Source: Candidatus Dojkabacteria bacterium UBA2177
GTDB taxonomy: Bacteria > Patescibacteriota > Dojkabacteria > SC72
Assembly: GCA_002328805.1 (NCBI GenBank)
Contig: DCVX01000014.1
Coordinates: forward strand, 1-38,451
Direction: 5' to 3'
Length of the DNA: 38,451 bases
This document shows, in pieces, positions 8,255 through 16,893 of the stretch. Below the pieces are notes generated by a model. It searched no databases, had not been told where the DNA came from, and worked only from the letters and a program-made list of their open reading frames with translations. The translations under genes and the position numbers were made by a program. Every line of letters starts with the position of its first letter. Within the stretch, counting starts at the first letter, position 1.

Positions 8255-9940
8255 TTAAATGATTGCTACAAGGATAATTGGTTCTCTTTCTGTTTTTTTG
8301 TAAATTACTCTACTTAAATCTCTTTCTAACTTCTTTACCAAAGCTTTCTCCTCAAACCTCTTTTGCTTTTGTGACATCTTTATCCAGTCTCGATGAACAT
8401 CGAAGATAAGGTTCTCAATTTCCTTAAGTAGCTCATGAGAGCCTTTTAAGTATACAAATCCCCTTGAGAGGAATTTAGGTTTGCCAATAATCTTTTTATT
8501 TTTGGAGCTTAAGTTTAAAACCACTGCAAACATTCCGAATTCGGAAAGTTGTTTCCTATCTTTAAGAACAATGTCTCCAATATCTCCTACTCCGAGTCCG
8601 TCTATTAGTATAGGTTTAGATTCTATCTTTGTTCCTCTGTTCCAGTAGTGTCCATTGAAGTTCCAGAATTGACCGTCTTCTGTTAGGAAGATATTCTTCT
8701 CAGGATAGCCCCATCCAAGGAGATTCTTTTTATGGAAATATCTAAAGGTTAAGGAACCGTGGACAGGCATTATGTTCTTAGGTTGTATTAAATCAACCAT
8801 CATCCTCATATCTTCTTGGTTGCCATGTCCCGTGGAGTGAATCTTGTTGTCATCACTGTCTTTTAGTAATTGTATTCCAAAACTAAGTAATCTGTCTGTC
8901 ATTCTTTCAATCTGTGTAATATTCTCTGGAATTTCGGAAGAAGAAAGAATTATTAAGTCGCTTTCTTTTAACTTAATATATTTATGTTCATTAAGAGAAA
9001 TTCTATTAAGAGCTGCAAATCTTTCTCCCTGACTTCCTGTGCAGAGTATTAATAGCTCTTTTTCAGGATATTTGTTCATATCTCTTTCTTTTACTAGATA
9101 TTCATCACTAATATTGATATATCTTTTTTCTCTTGCAATCTTTATTGCAGTTTCAAGACTTCTTCCAGATAAAACAACCTTTCTATTTGTTCTCTTGGCT
9201 ATCTCTATTAATGAGTAAAGCCTCGTTATTAGAGACGAGAATGCAGAAACAATTATTCTACCATTCTGGTTCTTAATTATTTCTTCTAAGTTTTTAGCGA
9301 TTTCTGTTTCAGAAGGTGCCTTTCCTGGAGTAGAAGCATTTGTACTCTCCATGAGTGCCAGATCTATCTTTCCTCTTAAGCCCTTGAGTTTCTCGTAATC
9401 ACTCTGTGGCTCATTTGCTGGAGTCTTGTCAAATTTGTAGTCTCCAGAGAAGAAAATATTTCCCTTTGGGGTGTCTAAAAATATTGAGAAGGCGTCTGGG
9501 ATACTGTGATTTATGCCTATAAATGTGGCTTTAAAGTATTTCCCAATATTGACGGTAGATTTTCTATCTATCCCAATAATCTTCACTTTCTTGTCCATCT
9601 TGTACTCTTTGAGCTTCTCTTCTATTAGAGCTTTAGCAAATCCCCCAGCGTATACAGGAGGGTAATCTAATTCCGGAAGTATCCATCTAAGTGCACCAGT
9701 ATGGTCTAAGTGACCATGGGTAATTAGAATTCCTTTAACTTTCTTTTTATTCTTTTTTAAATATTTCGTATTTGGTATGACATAATCTATGCCATATAAT
9801 TCTTGTCCAGGGAACGAATACCCTGCGTCTATCATAACTATCTCATCTGCGTATTGTACGAAATTGGAATTTCTTCCTATTTCCGTTGTACCAGAAAGAG
9901 TACATAGTTGAAGTAAACTATTTCTATTATTCTTATTCAT
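8255..9940 (-). CDS. rnj: Ribonuclease J
   Basis: THGHLDHTGA metallo-beta-lactamase motif, NHSIPD, GDYKFD, ESTNA, TGSQGE, HSTGH, PVHG. Confidence 0.96.
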   Translation of the reverse strand: MNKNNRNSLLQLCTLSGTTEIGRNSNFVQYADEIVMIDAGYSFPGQELYGIDYVIPNTKYLKKNKKKVKGILITHGHLDHTGALRWILPELDYPPVYAGGFAKALIEEKLKEYKMDKKVKIIGIDRKSTVNIGKYFKATFIGINHSIPDAFSIFLDTPKGNIFFSGDYKFDKTPANEPQSDYEKLKGLRGKIDLALMESTNASTPGKAPSETEIAKNLEEIIKNQNGRIIVSAFSSLITRLYSLIEIAKRTNRKVVLSGRSLETAIKIAREKRYINISDEYLVKERDMNKYPEKELLILCTGSQGERFAALNRISLNEHKYIKLKESDLIILSSSEIPENITQIERMTDRLLSFGIQLLKDSDDNKIHSTGHGNQEDMRMMVDLIQPKNIMPVHGSLTFRYFHKKNLLGWGYPEKNIFLTEDGQFWNFNGHYWNRGTKIESKPILIDGLGVGDIGDIVLKDRKQLSEFGMFAVVLNLSSKNKKIIGKPKFLSRGFVYLKGSHELLKEIENLIFDVHRDWIKMSQKQKRFEEKALVKKLERDLSRVIYKKTEREPIILVAII

Positions 9941-10071
9941 TTTTATCTATTTTAATTATTATATATATTATATGTGTGCCCTTTTTTTACCTTGTAAATT
10001 ATACAGGTTAAAAGGACTCTTTGCGGAAGAAATAATTGGGAGAAAATTATTTAGGGCCTTAAAGTATGTGC

Positions 10072-10139
10072 ATTTTAACATAAAAAGGTAAATTTCGCGA
10101 ATTAGAAGGAATTTTAATGATGAAAATGTGTGCTATAAT
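10072..10139. promoter_or_regulatory. Divergent extended -10 promoters for rnj (-) and valS (+)
   Basis: TGtTAAAAT on the minus strand at 10072-10080; TGcTATAAT on the plus strand at 10131-10139. Confidence 0.6.
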
Positions 10140-10153
10140 GAGCATTATTGAAT

Positions 10154-12442
10154 ATGCAAGAATTACCAAAAGCCTACAATTCTGACACAGAAAAAGAGAT
10201 TTCCAAGCTCTGGTATGAATCTGGACTAACAAACCCAGACAAGATGGCTGAACATTTGAAAGAGTCAGGAGAGGAAGTTAAAGAACCTTTTGTAATTACT
10301 CTCCCTCCTCCCAATGCAAATGGGAATCTACATTTAGGGCATGTATGTGGTTATTCCTTCCATGATGTTATGGGTAGGTATATGAGGATGACCGGTCATC
10401 CAACGCTTCTTCTACCAGGGAAAGACCATGCAGGAATACAGACAGAAACAGTTTTTGCTAAACATCTTAGCGAACAAGGAAAGAGTAAGCAGGAGTTAGG
10501 TAGGGAGAAATTCTACGAAGAAACATACAAATTCTGTATGAGCAATATAGAGAATGCTAGAGAACAAGAGAAGAGAATAGGTCTTTCTGCAGATTACAGT
10601 AGAGAATTATTTACTCTGGATCCAGGGCTTACAGAAATAGTGTATGAGACTTTCTCTCAAATGTTTGATGAAGGGTTAGTTTACAGAGACAAGAGAATTA
10701 TTAACCAGTGTCCTAGTTGTATGACTGCCTTGGCCGACATAGATGTTGAACATGAAGAGAGGAGAGGTATTTTTGCATACATAATCTATCCTTTTGTTGA
10801 AGAGGAGGATAGAAAATTAGCAAAAGAACTTCTAGGAGTAGAGGGAATAACAGTTGCTACGACAAGACCGGAAACAATGTTAGGAGATACTGCGGTTGTT
10901 GTTAATCCTAAAGATAAAAGATATAAGGCATTTGTAGGAAAGAAAGTTTTATTACCAATAGCCGAAAGAGAAATCTCCGTAATCGCAGATGAAGATACAG
11001 ACATGGAAATGGGAACGGGAGCAGTAAAAGTAACCCCAGCCCACTCCTCAGTTGACTTTGAAATTGGTAAAAAACATGGCCTAGAGGTAGTGAATGTCAT
11101 TAATGAAGAAGGGAAAATGGAAGGAGACATTCCAGAGAGATTTAAGGGAATGGAGACAGTAGAATGTTCCAAGGCTTTGAGTAAGGAACTAGAAAAACAA
11201 GGGCTGTTAATTAAAATAGAGAATATTAGACATGAAGTAACTGTTTGTGAAAGATGTAGAACACCCATTGAACCAATAATCTCTAACCAGTGGTATTTAG
11301 ATGTTTCTTCTCTTGCCAAAAAAGCACAGAAGAATATTAAGAAAGGAAAACTAAGAGTTTTTCCGAAAGGACAGCAGAAAGCACTCAGTCACTTCTTTGA
11401 AGAGATTCAGCCATGGTGTATTTCTAGACAGTTATGGTGGGGACAGAGAATCCCAATTTGGTATAGCGGAGGAAAGAAACTCTATGATTGGTTGCATGAA
11501 AATGAAGGGAAGAGTGTAGAAGACTACAAGGAAGAGACTGGTAAAGAACCCACAGGAACAGGAAAACTCTATGTCGGGGCAGAGAGACCTGAATCCAAAA
11601 ATGGTGAAGTATGGGAGGAGGAAACAGATGTTTTTGACACGTGGTTTAGCTCGGGCCAATGGCCATTTTCTACATTAGGAGGACCTGATGGGGAAGATTT
11701 TAAGAAATTCTATCCAACATCAATGATGATTCATGCTAGAGATATTCTTTTTTGGTGGTCTGCCAGGATGGTAATGATGGGTCTATACAGAACAGAAAAG
11801 TTGCCATTCTCGGACATCTTTCTTACAGGAATGATACTAGCTCCAGATGGTTCTAAGATGTCTAAATCTAAGGGAAATAGTGTTGAACCAAAGGAAATCT
11901 TTGAAAAGTATGGAGCAGACTCATTAAGACTCTGGTACTACTCTGATGCTCTTCCAGGATCAAATGCTCCAGTAAGAGAAGAAAAGATAAAGGGAAATAG
12001 GAATTTTGTTAACAAAGTCTGGAATGCTAGCAGATTTATCCTTATGAATGTGGAAGATAGTGAAATAGGAGAGATTTCCAAGAGGATAGAGGGTCCTATG
12101 GAAGAGACGGAGAGAATGAAAAGAACAAGAGATCATGTTAAAAAAGTTGGTGAATATATAGAAAAATACCAATTTAATCTAGGATCAGAGAAAATAAGGG
12201 AATTTTTCTGGCATGAATTCTGTGATATCTGGATAGAACAAGTAAAAGAAAGTATAGAGGACGAAGAAATAGGGAGTGAAAAAAGAATTCTATATCTGTC
12301 AGAATTGCTTTATCTTCTCAAAGAAAATCTTAAGATAATGCATCCATTTATGCCTTTTGTTACTGAATCAGTCTGGCAAGAACTTTCAAAGCTAGGGCTC
12401 GCAAAAGGGTTGTTAATGTCAGAGCAGATGATGTCCCGCTAG
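10154..12442 (+). CDS. valS: Valyl-tRNA synthetase (C-terminally short)
   Basis: PPPNANGNLHLGH, DHAGI, ATTRPET editing motif, WCISRQLWWG, DTWFSS, KMSKS. ATG at 10154 preferred over TTG at 10148. Confidence 0.96.
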   Translation: MQELPKAYNSDTEKEISKLWYESGLTNPDKMAEHLKESGEEVKEPFVITLPPPNANGNLHLGHVCGYSFHDVMGRYMRMTGHPTLLLPGKDHAGIQTETVFAKHLSEQGKSKQELGREKFYEETYKFCMSNIENAREQEKRIGLSADYSRELFTLDPGLTEIVYETFSQMFDEGLVYRDKRIINQCPSCMTALADIDVEHEERRGIFAYIIYPFVEEEDRKLAKELLGVEGITVATTRPETMLGDTAVVVNPKDKRYKAFVGKKVLLPIAEREISVIADEDTDMEMGTGAVKVTPAHSSVDFEIGKKHGLEVVNVINEEGKMEGDIPERFKGMETVECSKALSKELEKQGLLIKIENIRHEVTVCERCRTPIEPIISNQWYLDVSSLAKKAQKNIKKGKLRVFPKGQQKALSHFFEEIQPWCISRQLWWGQRIPIWYSGGKKLYDWLHENEGKSVEDYKEETGKEPTGTGKLYVGAERPESKNGEVWEEETDVFDTWFSSGQWPFSTLGGPDGEDFKKFYPTSMMIHARDILFWWSARMVMMGLYRTEKLPFSDIFLTGMILAPDGSKMSKSKGNSVEPKEIFEKYGADSLRLWYYSDALPGSNAPVREEKIKGNRNFVNKVWNASRFILMNVEDSEIGEISKRIEGPMEETERMKRTRDHVKKVGEYIEKYQFNLGSEKIREFFWHEFCDIWIEQVKESIEDEEIGSEKRILYLSELLYLLKENLKIMHPFMPFVTESVWQELSKLGLAKGLLMSEQMMSR

Positions 12443-12525
12443 GGACAAGAATTTCTCAGGATAATTAAATAGTTATATAATCATTACAACGATTATATTT
12501 TTAATCTAAATTAAGGAAGAAAAGA

Positions 12526-13974
12526 ATGAAAAAAGAAAATCTATATATTACAACTACACTCCCCTATGTTAATGCAGAACCACATATAGGGCACGCATTG
12601 GAATTTATACAGGCGGATGCTATTTCCAGATACTTTAGGAAAAAACTAGGGGAAGAAAACGTTTTCTTTAACCTAGGAACAGATGAACATGGACAGAAAA
12701 TCTTAGATCAGTCAAGGAAGGAAGGAATTACAGTTCAAGAATTTGTAGATAAATATGCACAGAGATTTAAAGATTTCTGTGAATTATTCTTTGTAGAGTA
12801 TGACTATTTTTACAGAACCTCTGACCCAAAGCATCATAAGGCAGCAAAGGAATTCTGGAGAAGGTGTAATGAAAAGGGAGATATATATAAAAAGAAATAT
12901 AGTGGTTTCTATTGTGTAGGATGTGAGAGATTTCTAACAGAGAGAGATTTGGTAGACGGGAAATGTCCAGACCATGACAAGAAACCTGAGATCAAAGAGG
13001 AAGAGAATTACTTTTTCAGGCTTACAAATTATAGAGATACACTTCTTAAGTGGCTAGAGGAAAATCCAGAAGTGTTAAAACCAAAAAGGAAGTTAGATGA
13101 ACTCAAGGCAATAATTAGCGAGGCAGAGGATATAAGTATCTCGAGACTAAAAGAGAATCTCCCTTGGGGAATAGAAGTTCCTAATGATCCAGAGCAGGTA
13201 TTCTATGTTTGGTTTGATGCCCTTACAAACTATGTTAATGTCCTTGGTTTTGGAGAAGATGAGGAGAAGTTAAATAAATGGTGGCCTGGAATACAACTTT
13301 TTGGACCAGATAATCTAAGATTCCAAGGAAGTATATGGCAAGGGATGTTAGCTTCTGTAGGGCTGCCCCAGAGTAAGAGACTTTTGGAACACGGAATGGT
13401 TTTAGGACCAGATGGAAAAAAGATGTCTAAAACTCTTGGCAATATCATCTCTCCTTTTGAGCAAGAGGAGAAATTTGGGGCAGAGGTTGTTAGGTTTTAC
13501 CTTCTAACAGGTATTGCCACATTCGCAGATTCTGCATACAAAGAGGAGGAACTCATAAATATGTACAATTCTAGATTAGCAAATAACTTTGGAAACCTAC
13601 TTAATAGAACAATACATCTTGCTAATAGTAAGGAGGTCGAGATTAATAATGTTAAAGCAGTAGAAAAGCTCTTTAAGAAAGAAGTCGATAGATTCGAGAC
13701 AGAGATAAGAGACCTCTATGATGAGTATGAACTTGCTTTAGCTGGAGAAAAGATAGATGAACTGGCTGACTGGGGAAATAAATATATTACAGAGAGGGAG
13801 CCTTGGGAGGCGAGTAAGGGAAAAGAAGAAGTAGAAATCATATTAAACAATCTCAGTTATCTTCTTGATATAGTCTCTGAACTGTATGAACCAATCATCC
13901 CCGTAAGTGCCGTTAAAGCGAAGGAAGCTCTTGAGAAGAGGGAGAAAATAATTCTCTTCGAGAAGATTTCATAA
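12526..13974 (+). CDS. metG: Methionyl-tRNA synthetase (short form)
   Basis: YVNAEPHIGH, GTDEHGQK, YVWFDAL, KMSKT. Confidence 0.96.
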   Translation: MKKENLYITTTLPYVNAEPHIGHALEFIQADAISRYFRKKLGEENVFFNLGTDEHGQKILDQSRKEGITVQEFVDKYAQRFKDFCELFFVEYDYFYRTSDPKHHKAAKEFWRRCNEKGDIYKKKYSGFYCVGCERFLTERDLVDGKCPDHDKKPEIKEEENYFFRLTNYRDTLLKWLEENPEVLKPKRKLDELKAIISEAEDISISRLKENLPWGIEVPNDPEQVFYVWFDALTNYVNVLGFGEDEEKLNKWWPGIQLFGPDNLRFQGSIWQGMLASVGLPQSKRLLEHGMVLGPDGKKMSKTLGNIISPFEQEEKFGAEVVRFYLLTGIATFADSAYKEEELINMYNSRLANNFGNLLNRTIHLANSKEVEINNVKAVEKLFKKEVDRFETEIRDLYDEYELALAGEKIDELADWGNKYITEREPWEASKGKEEVEIILNNLSYLLDIVSELYEPIIPVSAVKAKEALEKREKIILFEKIS

Positions 13975-13985
13975 ATCTAAATATA

Positions 13986-13994
13986 TGCTATACT
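13986..13994 (+). promoter_or_regulatory. Extended -10 promoter for the pilN-pilO cluster
   Basis: TGcTATACT, 27 nt upstream of the ATG at 14022. Confidence 0.55.
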
Positions 13995-14021
13995 TGAACA
14001 ATAAAAGTTTAAAACTGCCAT

Positions 14022-14600
14022 ATGTTTCAGAGAGAGAAACAGCCAAAATCTATTAATTTCCTAGAAACGCTTTACGATCCTACTGATTTTTGGAGCAATG
14101 CTTATATATGGCTTGTTAGTATAGGGAAATATCTTTTAATAGGTGTTCAGGTAATAGTCTTAGGGGTTTTCTTCGCTAGATTTATTCTAGATGGGAAGAA
14201 TAATGATCTTACAGAAGAGATTAATAATAAAGTAGTGCTTCTCTCAAATGATACCTGGAAGAGGAATGCATTTCTTTTTGAAAATTACCAAGTGCTTTTA
14301 GGAGATATCAGAAATATAAGGGAGGGACAGACAATTAACTCTCTTCAGATTAGGGAACTTATTAATGGAATCCCAAGTAGTCTTGACTTAGAGGGGTTGA
14401 GTTTTAGTGAAAGGCGAGTGTCTTTGCGTCTCAGTTCTAATAATCTCAATAGTGTAAGGGACTATGAATCTGCTCTAAAGAATAATCCAATGTATGAGGA
14501 TGTGAAGTTTTCAATAACCAAGGAGGATGCGGAGATAAGTGTAGGGGTGTCATTTTATTTAAATACAGAAGGAGAAGTTGGTGGCAGAACGGAAAACTAA
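14022..14600 (+). CDS. PilN-like type IV pilus alignment protein
   Basis: N-terminal INFL (INLL-like PilM-binding motif), one TM, coiled coil, C-terminal ferredoxin-like pattern; followed by a PilO-like gene. Confidence 0.7.
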   Translation: MFQREKQPKSINFLETLYDPTDFWSNAYIWLVSIGKYLLIGVQVIVLGVFFARFILDGKNNDLTEEINNKVVLLSNDTWKRNAFLFENYQVLLGDIRNIREGQTINSLQIRELINGIPSSLDLEGLSFSERRVSLRLSSNNLNSVRDYESALKNNPMYEDVKFSITKEDAEISVGVSFYLNTEGEVGGRTEN

Positions 14601-15195
14601 TACAGCTGAATATATGAAGGTGATTAAAGAATCTTCTGAGAAACAGGAATCTTATATCTTTTTTGGGGTCTCAGTTCTTGTTGTTATCATCCTAATTGTT
14701 TTTGCCATTAGACCAACGATTACCACTATTACAAGAATAAATAAAGAGATCAAAGAAAAAGAGAGAGTGAACATTCAGCTTGAAAATAAGATAACCACAC
14801 TAAACGAGCTAGATAAGCAGTATGCTCCTAACAAGGAAGCTTTTGATGATTTGGAGATGATATTTCCCCCAGGGGACAATTTTAGTCTTTTACTGGCAAA
14901 CATAGAGTTGATTACCACACGCAACGGTCATAAGCTTTCTTCTGTAAGTTTTAATACATACAAGGGTAAAGATTACAATATCACAACAAAAGCTCTTGTT
15001 CCATATACAATCACTTTCAGTGCAAGAGGGAGAGAGGAAAACATCTTAAGTTTCCTAAAGGAATTAGAGGACCTTCCGATGTATCCTGTTATTGAGTCTT
15101 TCTCTTATTCAACCGAAACTGCAGATGACGGAACCAATGCCTTTACGGTTTCCTTAAGGATATATCATGTAGATAATGTAAATTTTTATAAGTAG
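14581..15195 (+). CDS. PilO-like type IV pilus alignment protein
   Basis: One TM ending FAIRPT, coiled coil, then ITFSARG...FLKELEDLP..PVIES. GTG start at 14581 follows AAGGAG (14569-14574); TTG at 14578 is the alternative. Confidence 0.75.
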   Translation: MAERKTNTAEYMKVIKESSEKQESYIFFGVSVLVVIILIVFAIRPTITTITRINKEIKEKERVNIQLENKITTLNELDKQYAPNKEAFDDLEMIFPPGDNFSLLLANIELITTRNGHKLSSVSFNTYKGKDYNITTKALVPYTITFSARGREENILSFLKELEDLPMYPVIESFSYSTETADDGTNAFTVSLRIYHVDNVNFYK

Positions 15196-15198
15196 GAT

Positions 15199-15441
15199 AT
15201 GGACATTATTAAGAAAGCAACAGTTCCTTTAGTTATGCTTCTAGTTGTTGTGGTTGTTTGGGTTGGTCTCTATATTTACTATGAGAGCTCCCAAATAGAG
15301 ATTAATCCCCTTGCAGATTCCTATGTGTCACAATTACAGAAGACCTTTGATTTAGAAGAGTTAGAAGAGGTTAATAGAAGAACAAAAGACCACTTCCCTG
15401 TTCTTCCTGAAGTTTTTTTTATGCTTGTAGGGAGAGATTAG
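15199..15441 (+). CDS. Small single-TM protein at the PilP-like position
   Basis: 80 aa, N-terminal TM, 3 nt after the pilO stop; its stop overlaps the rpoD stop by TTAG. Confidence 0.65.
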   Translation: MDIIKKATVPLVMLLVVVVVWVGLYIYYESSQIEINPLADSYVSQLQKTFDLEELEEVNRRTKDHFPVLPEVFFMLVGRD

Positions 15442-16517
15442 TCAATATAATCGTCAAGTTTTTGTTGTGCAGATTTCTCTTTAAGCTTTTTAAGAGCTTT
15501 TGCTTCAATCTGTCTAATTCTTTCTCGGGTAACTCCAAATTCTTTTCCAACTTCCTCTAGAGTTCTTGAAACACCATCATCTAATCCAAACCTTAAGGAA
15601 AGTACACGTCTTTCTCTATCTTGAAGACTGTCTAGGATATCTCTAAGTTGGTTTTTGAGGTATTCCCCTGTTGCGTAATCTTCGGGAGATTGGGACCAGT
15701 CATCTGGAATAACATCTTGAAGCTTGCTATCCTTCTCCTCCCCTATTGGTGTAGCAAGGGATGTTGGATTCTGTTTTATCTTTCTTATTTCAGCAATCTT
15801 CTCTATCTCTATCTCCATCTCTTTTGCTATTTCCTCGTCTGTAGGTGGTCGTCCAAGTTTTGTTGCAAGTATATTACTTGTTTTATTGAACTTATTGATG
15901 GTCTCTATCATGTGGACCGGTATACGAATAGTTCTTGCTTGGTCTGCAATAGCTCTTGTAATTGCTTGTCTTATCCACCAAGTTGCATATGTAGAGAATT
16001 TAAATCCTTTTGTGTAATCAAATTTCTCTACGGCTCGCATCAAACCAATATTGCCTTCTTGGATAAGGTCTAGTAGTTCTAAATTGCTCTTGCTGTACTT
16101 TTTTGCAATACTAACAACCAATCTTAGGTTTGCGGTAATTAAAAGCTGTGTTGCTTCTTCATCTCCCTGTTCTATTCTTTTTGCCAAAATAACCTCCTCC
16201 TCACCTGTTAGGAGGGGAATTCTTCCAATTTCGTAGAGATAGGACCTTATTGCATCTGTAGAGATATTTGTCTGAATGTTTTTTAATATCCTAATTTTTT
16301 TCTCTAGAGTTAATTCCTCTTTCTCTTGAGCGACTACATCTTCTTCTGGTTCGAGAACCTCAATTTCATTCTTTTGAAGCTTTTCAAAGATTTCGTCTAG
16401 GAGGTCTATATCTTCCTCTATTGTAGGGAAAACATCAAGAAGATCTTCTTGGGTTAGAAATCCCTGATCTTTTCCTTTTTTAATAAGATATTTGATGGAT
16501 TTGCTTTTGTCTGACAT
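15438..16517 (-). CDS. rpoD: Primary sigma factor RpoD/SigA
   Basis: Region 1.1, [67 protein letters not shown]. Confidence 0.98.
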   Translation of the reverse strand: MSDKSKSIKYLIKKGKDQGFLTQEDLLDVFPTIEEDIDLLDEIFEKLQKNEIEVLEPEEDVVAQEKEELTLEKKIRILKNIQTNISTDAIRSYLYEIGRIPLLTGEEEVILAKRIEQGDEEATQLLITANLRLVVSIAKKYSKSNLELLDLIQEGNIGLMRAVEKFDYTKGFKFSTYATWWIRQAITRAIADQARTIRIPVHMIETINKFNKTSNILATKLGRPPTDEEIAKEMEIEIEKIAEIRKIKQNPTSLATPIGEEKDSKLQDVIPDDWSQSPEDYATGEYLKNQLRDILDSLQDRERRVLSLRFGLDDGVSRTLEEVGKEFGVTRERIRQIEAKALKKLKEKSAQQKLDDYID

Positions 16518-16543
16518 TCAGAGTGTGTGGTATAATTTTATAT

Positions 16544-16882
16544 ATGGACAATAAAGATAATAACACATTCGGGAATAAGGAGCCTTTTCTAAATGCTCTG
16601 GCAAAGTTTTGTGATAAGTGCGGTACTGCATATAACCCCGAAGATATTAATGTCGTCCAGAACACTGGAGTCTCCGCTATTATACACTTTTCTTGCCATA
16701 ATTGTAAATCAAGGAACCTTGCTACATACATTTTCCCGATAGGAATGAGTAGTAGATCTCCTCTGGATGTTGATCTTAGTTTCGAAGAGCTTGAAAAGTT
16801 TGCTTCCCAAAGCAAGATTTCTCTCGAAGAGATTCTTGAAGTATATTCATTATTAAAAAAGAATTCAAAGGTCTCTGTTTAA
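16544..16882 (+). CDS. Zn-ribbon hypothetical protein
   Basis: CDKC...CHNC. ATG at 16544 chosen because TGgTATAAT (16528-16536) lies 7 nt upstream, inside the longer ORF call. Confidence 0.8.
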   Translation: MDNKDNNTFGNKEPFLNALAKFCDKCGTAYNPEDINVVQNTGVSAIIHFSCHNCKSRNLATYIFPIGMSSRSPLDVDLSFEELEKFASQSKISLEEILEVYSLLKKNSKVSV

Positions 16883-16893
16883 CTGGAGAATTG

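Noticed and set aside
15520..16045. Possible reassignment of rare CGN codons
   Set aside because: CGA and CGT encode conserved arginines in RpoD ([21 protein letters not shown]). CGG could not be assessed.
16518..16568. In-frame TGA directly before the rpoD ATG, preceded by a short ORF MCYYLYCPYIKLYHTL
   Set aside because: It overlaps the promoter and the opposite-strand Zn-ribbon gene, and RpoD region 1.1 is already complete. Not evidence of UGA read-through.
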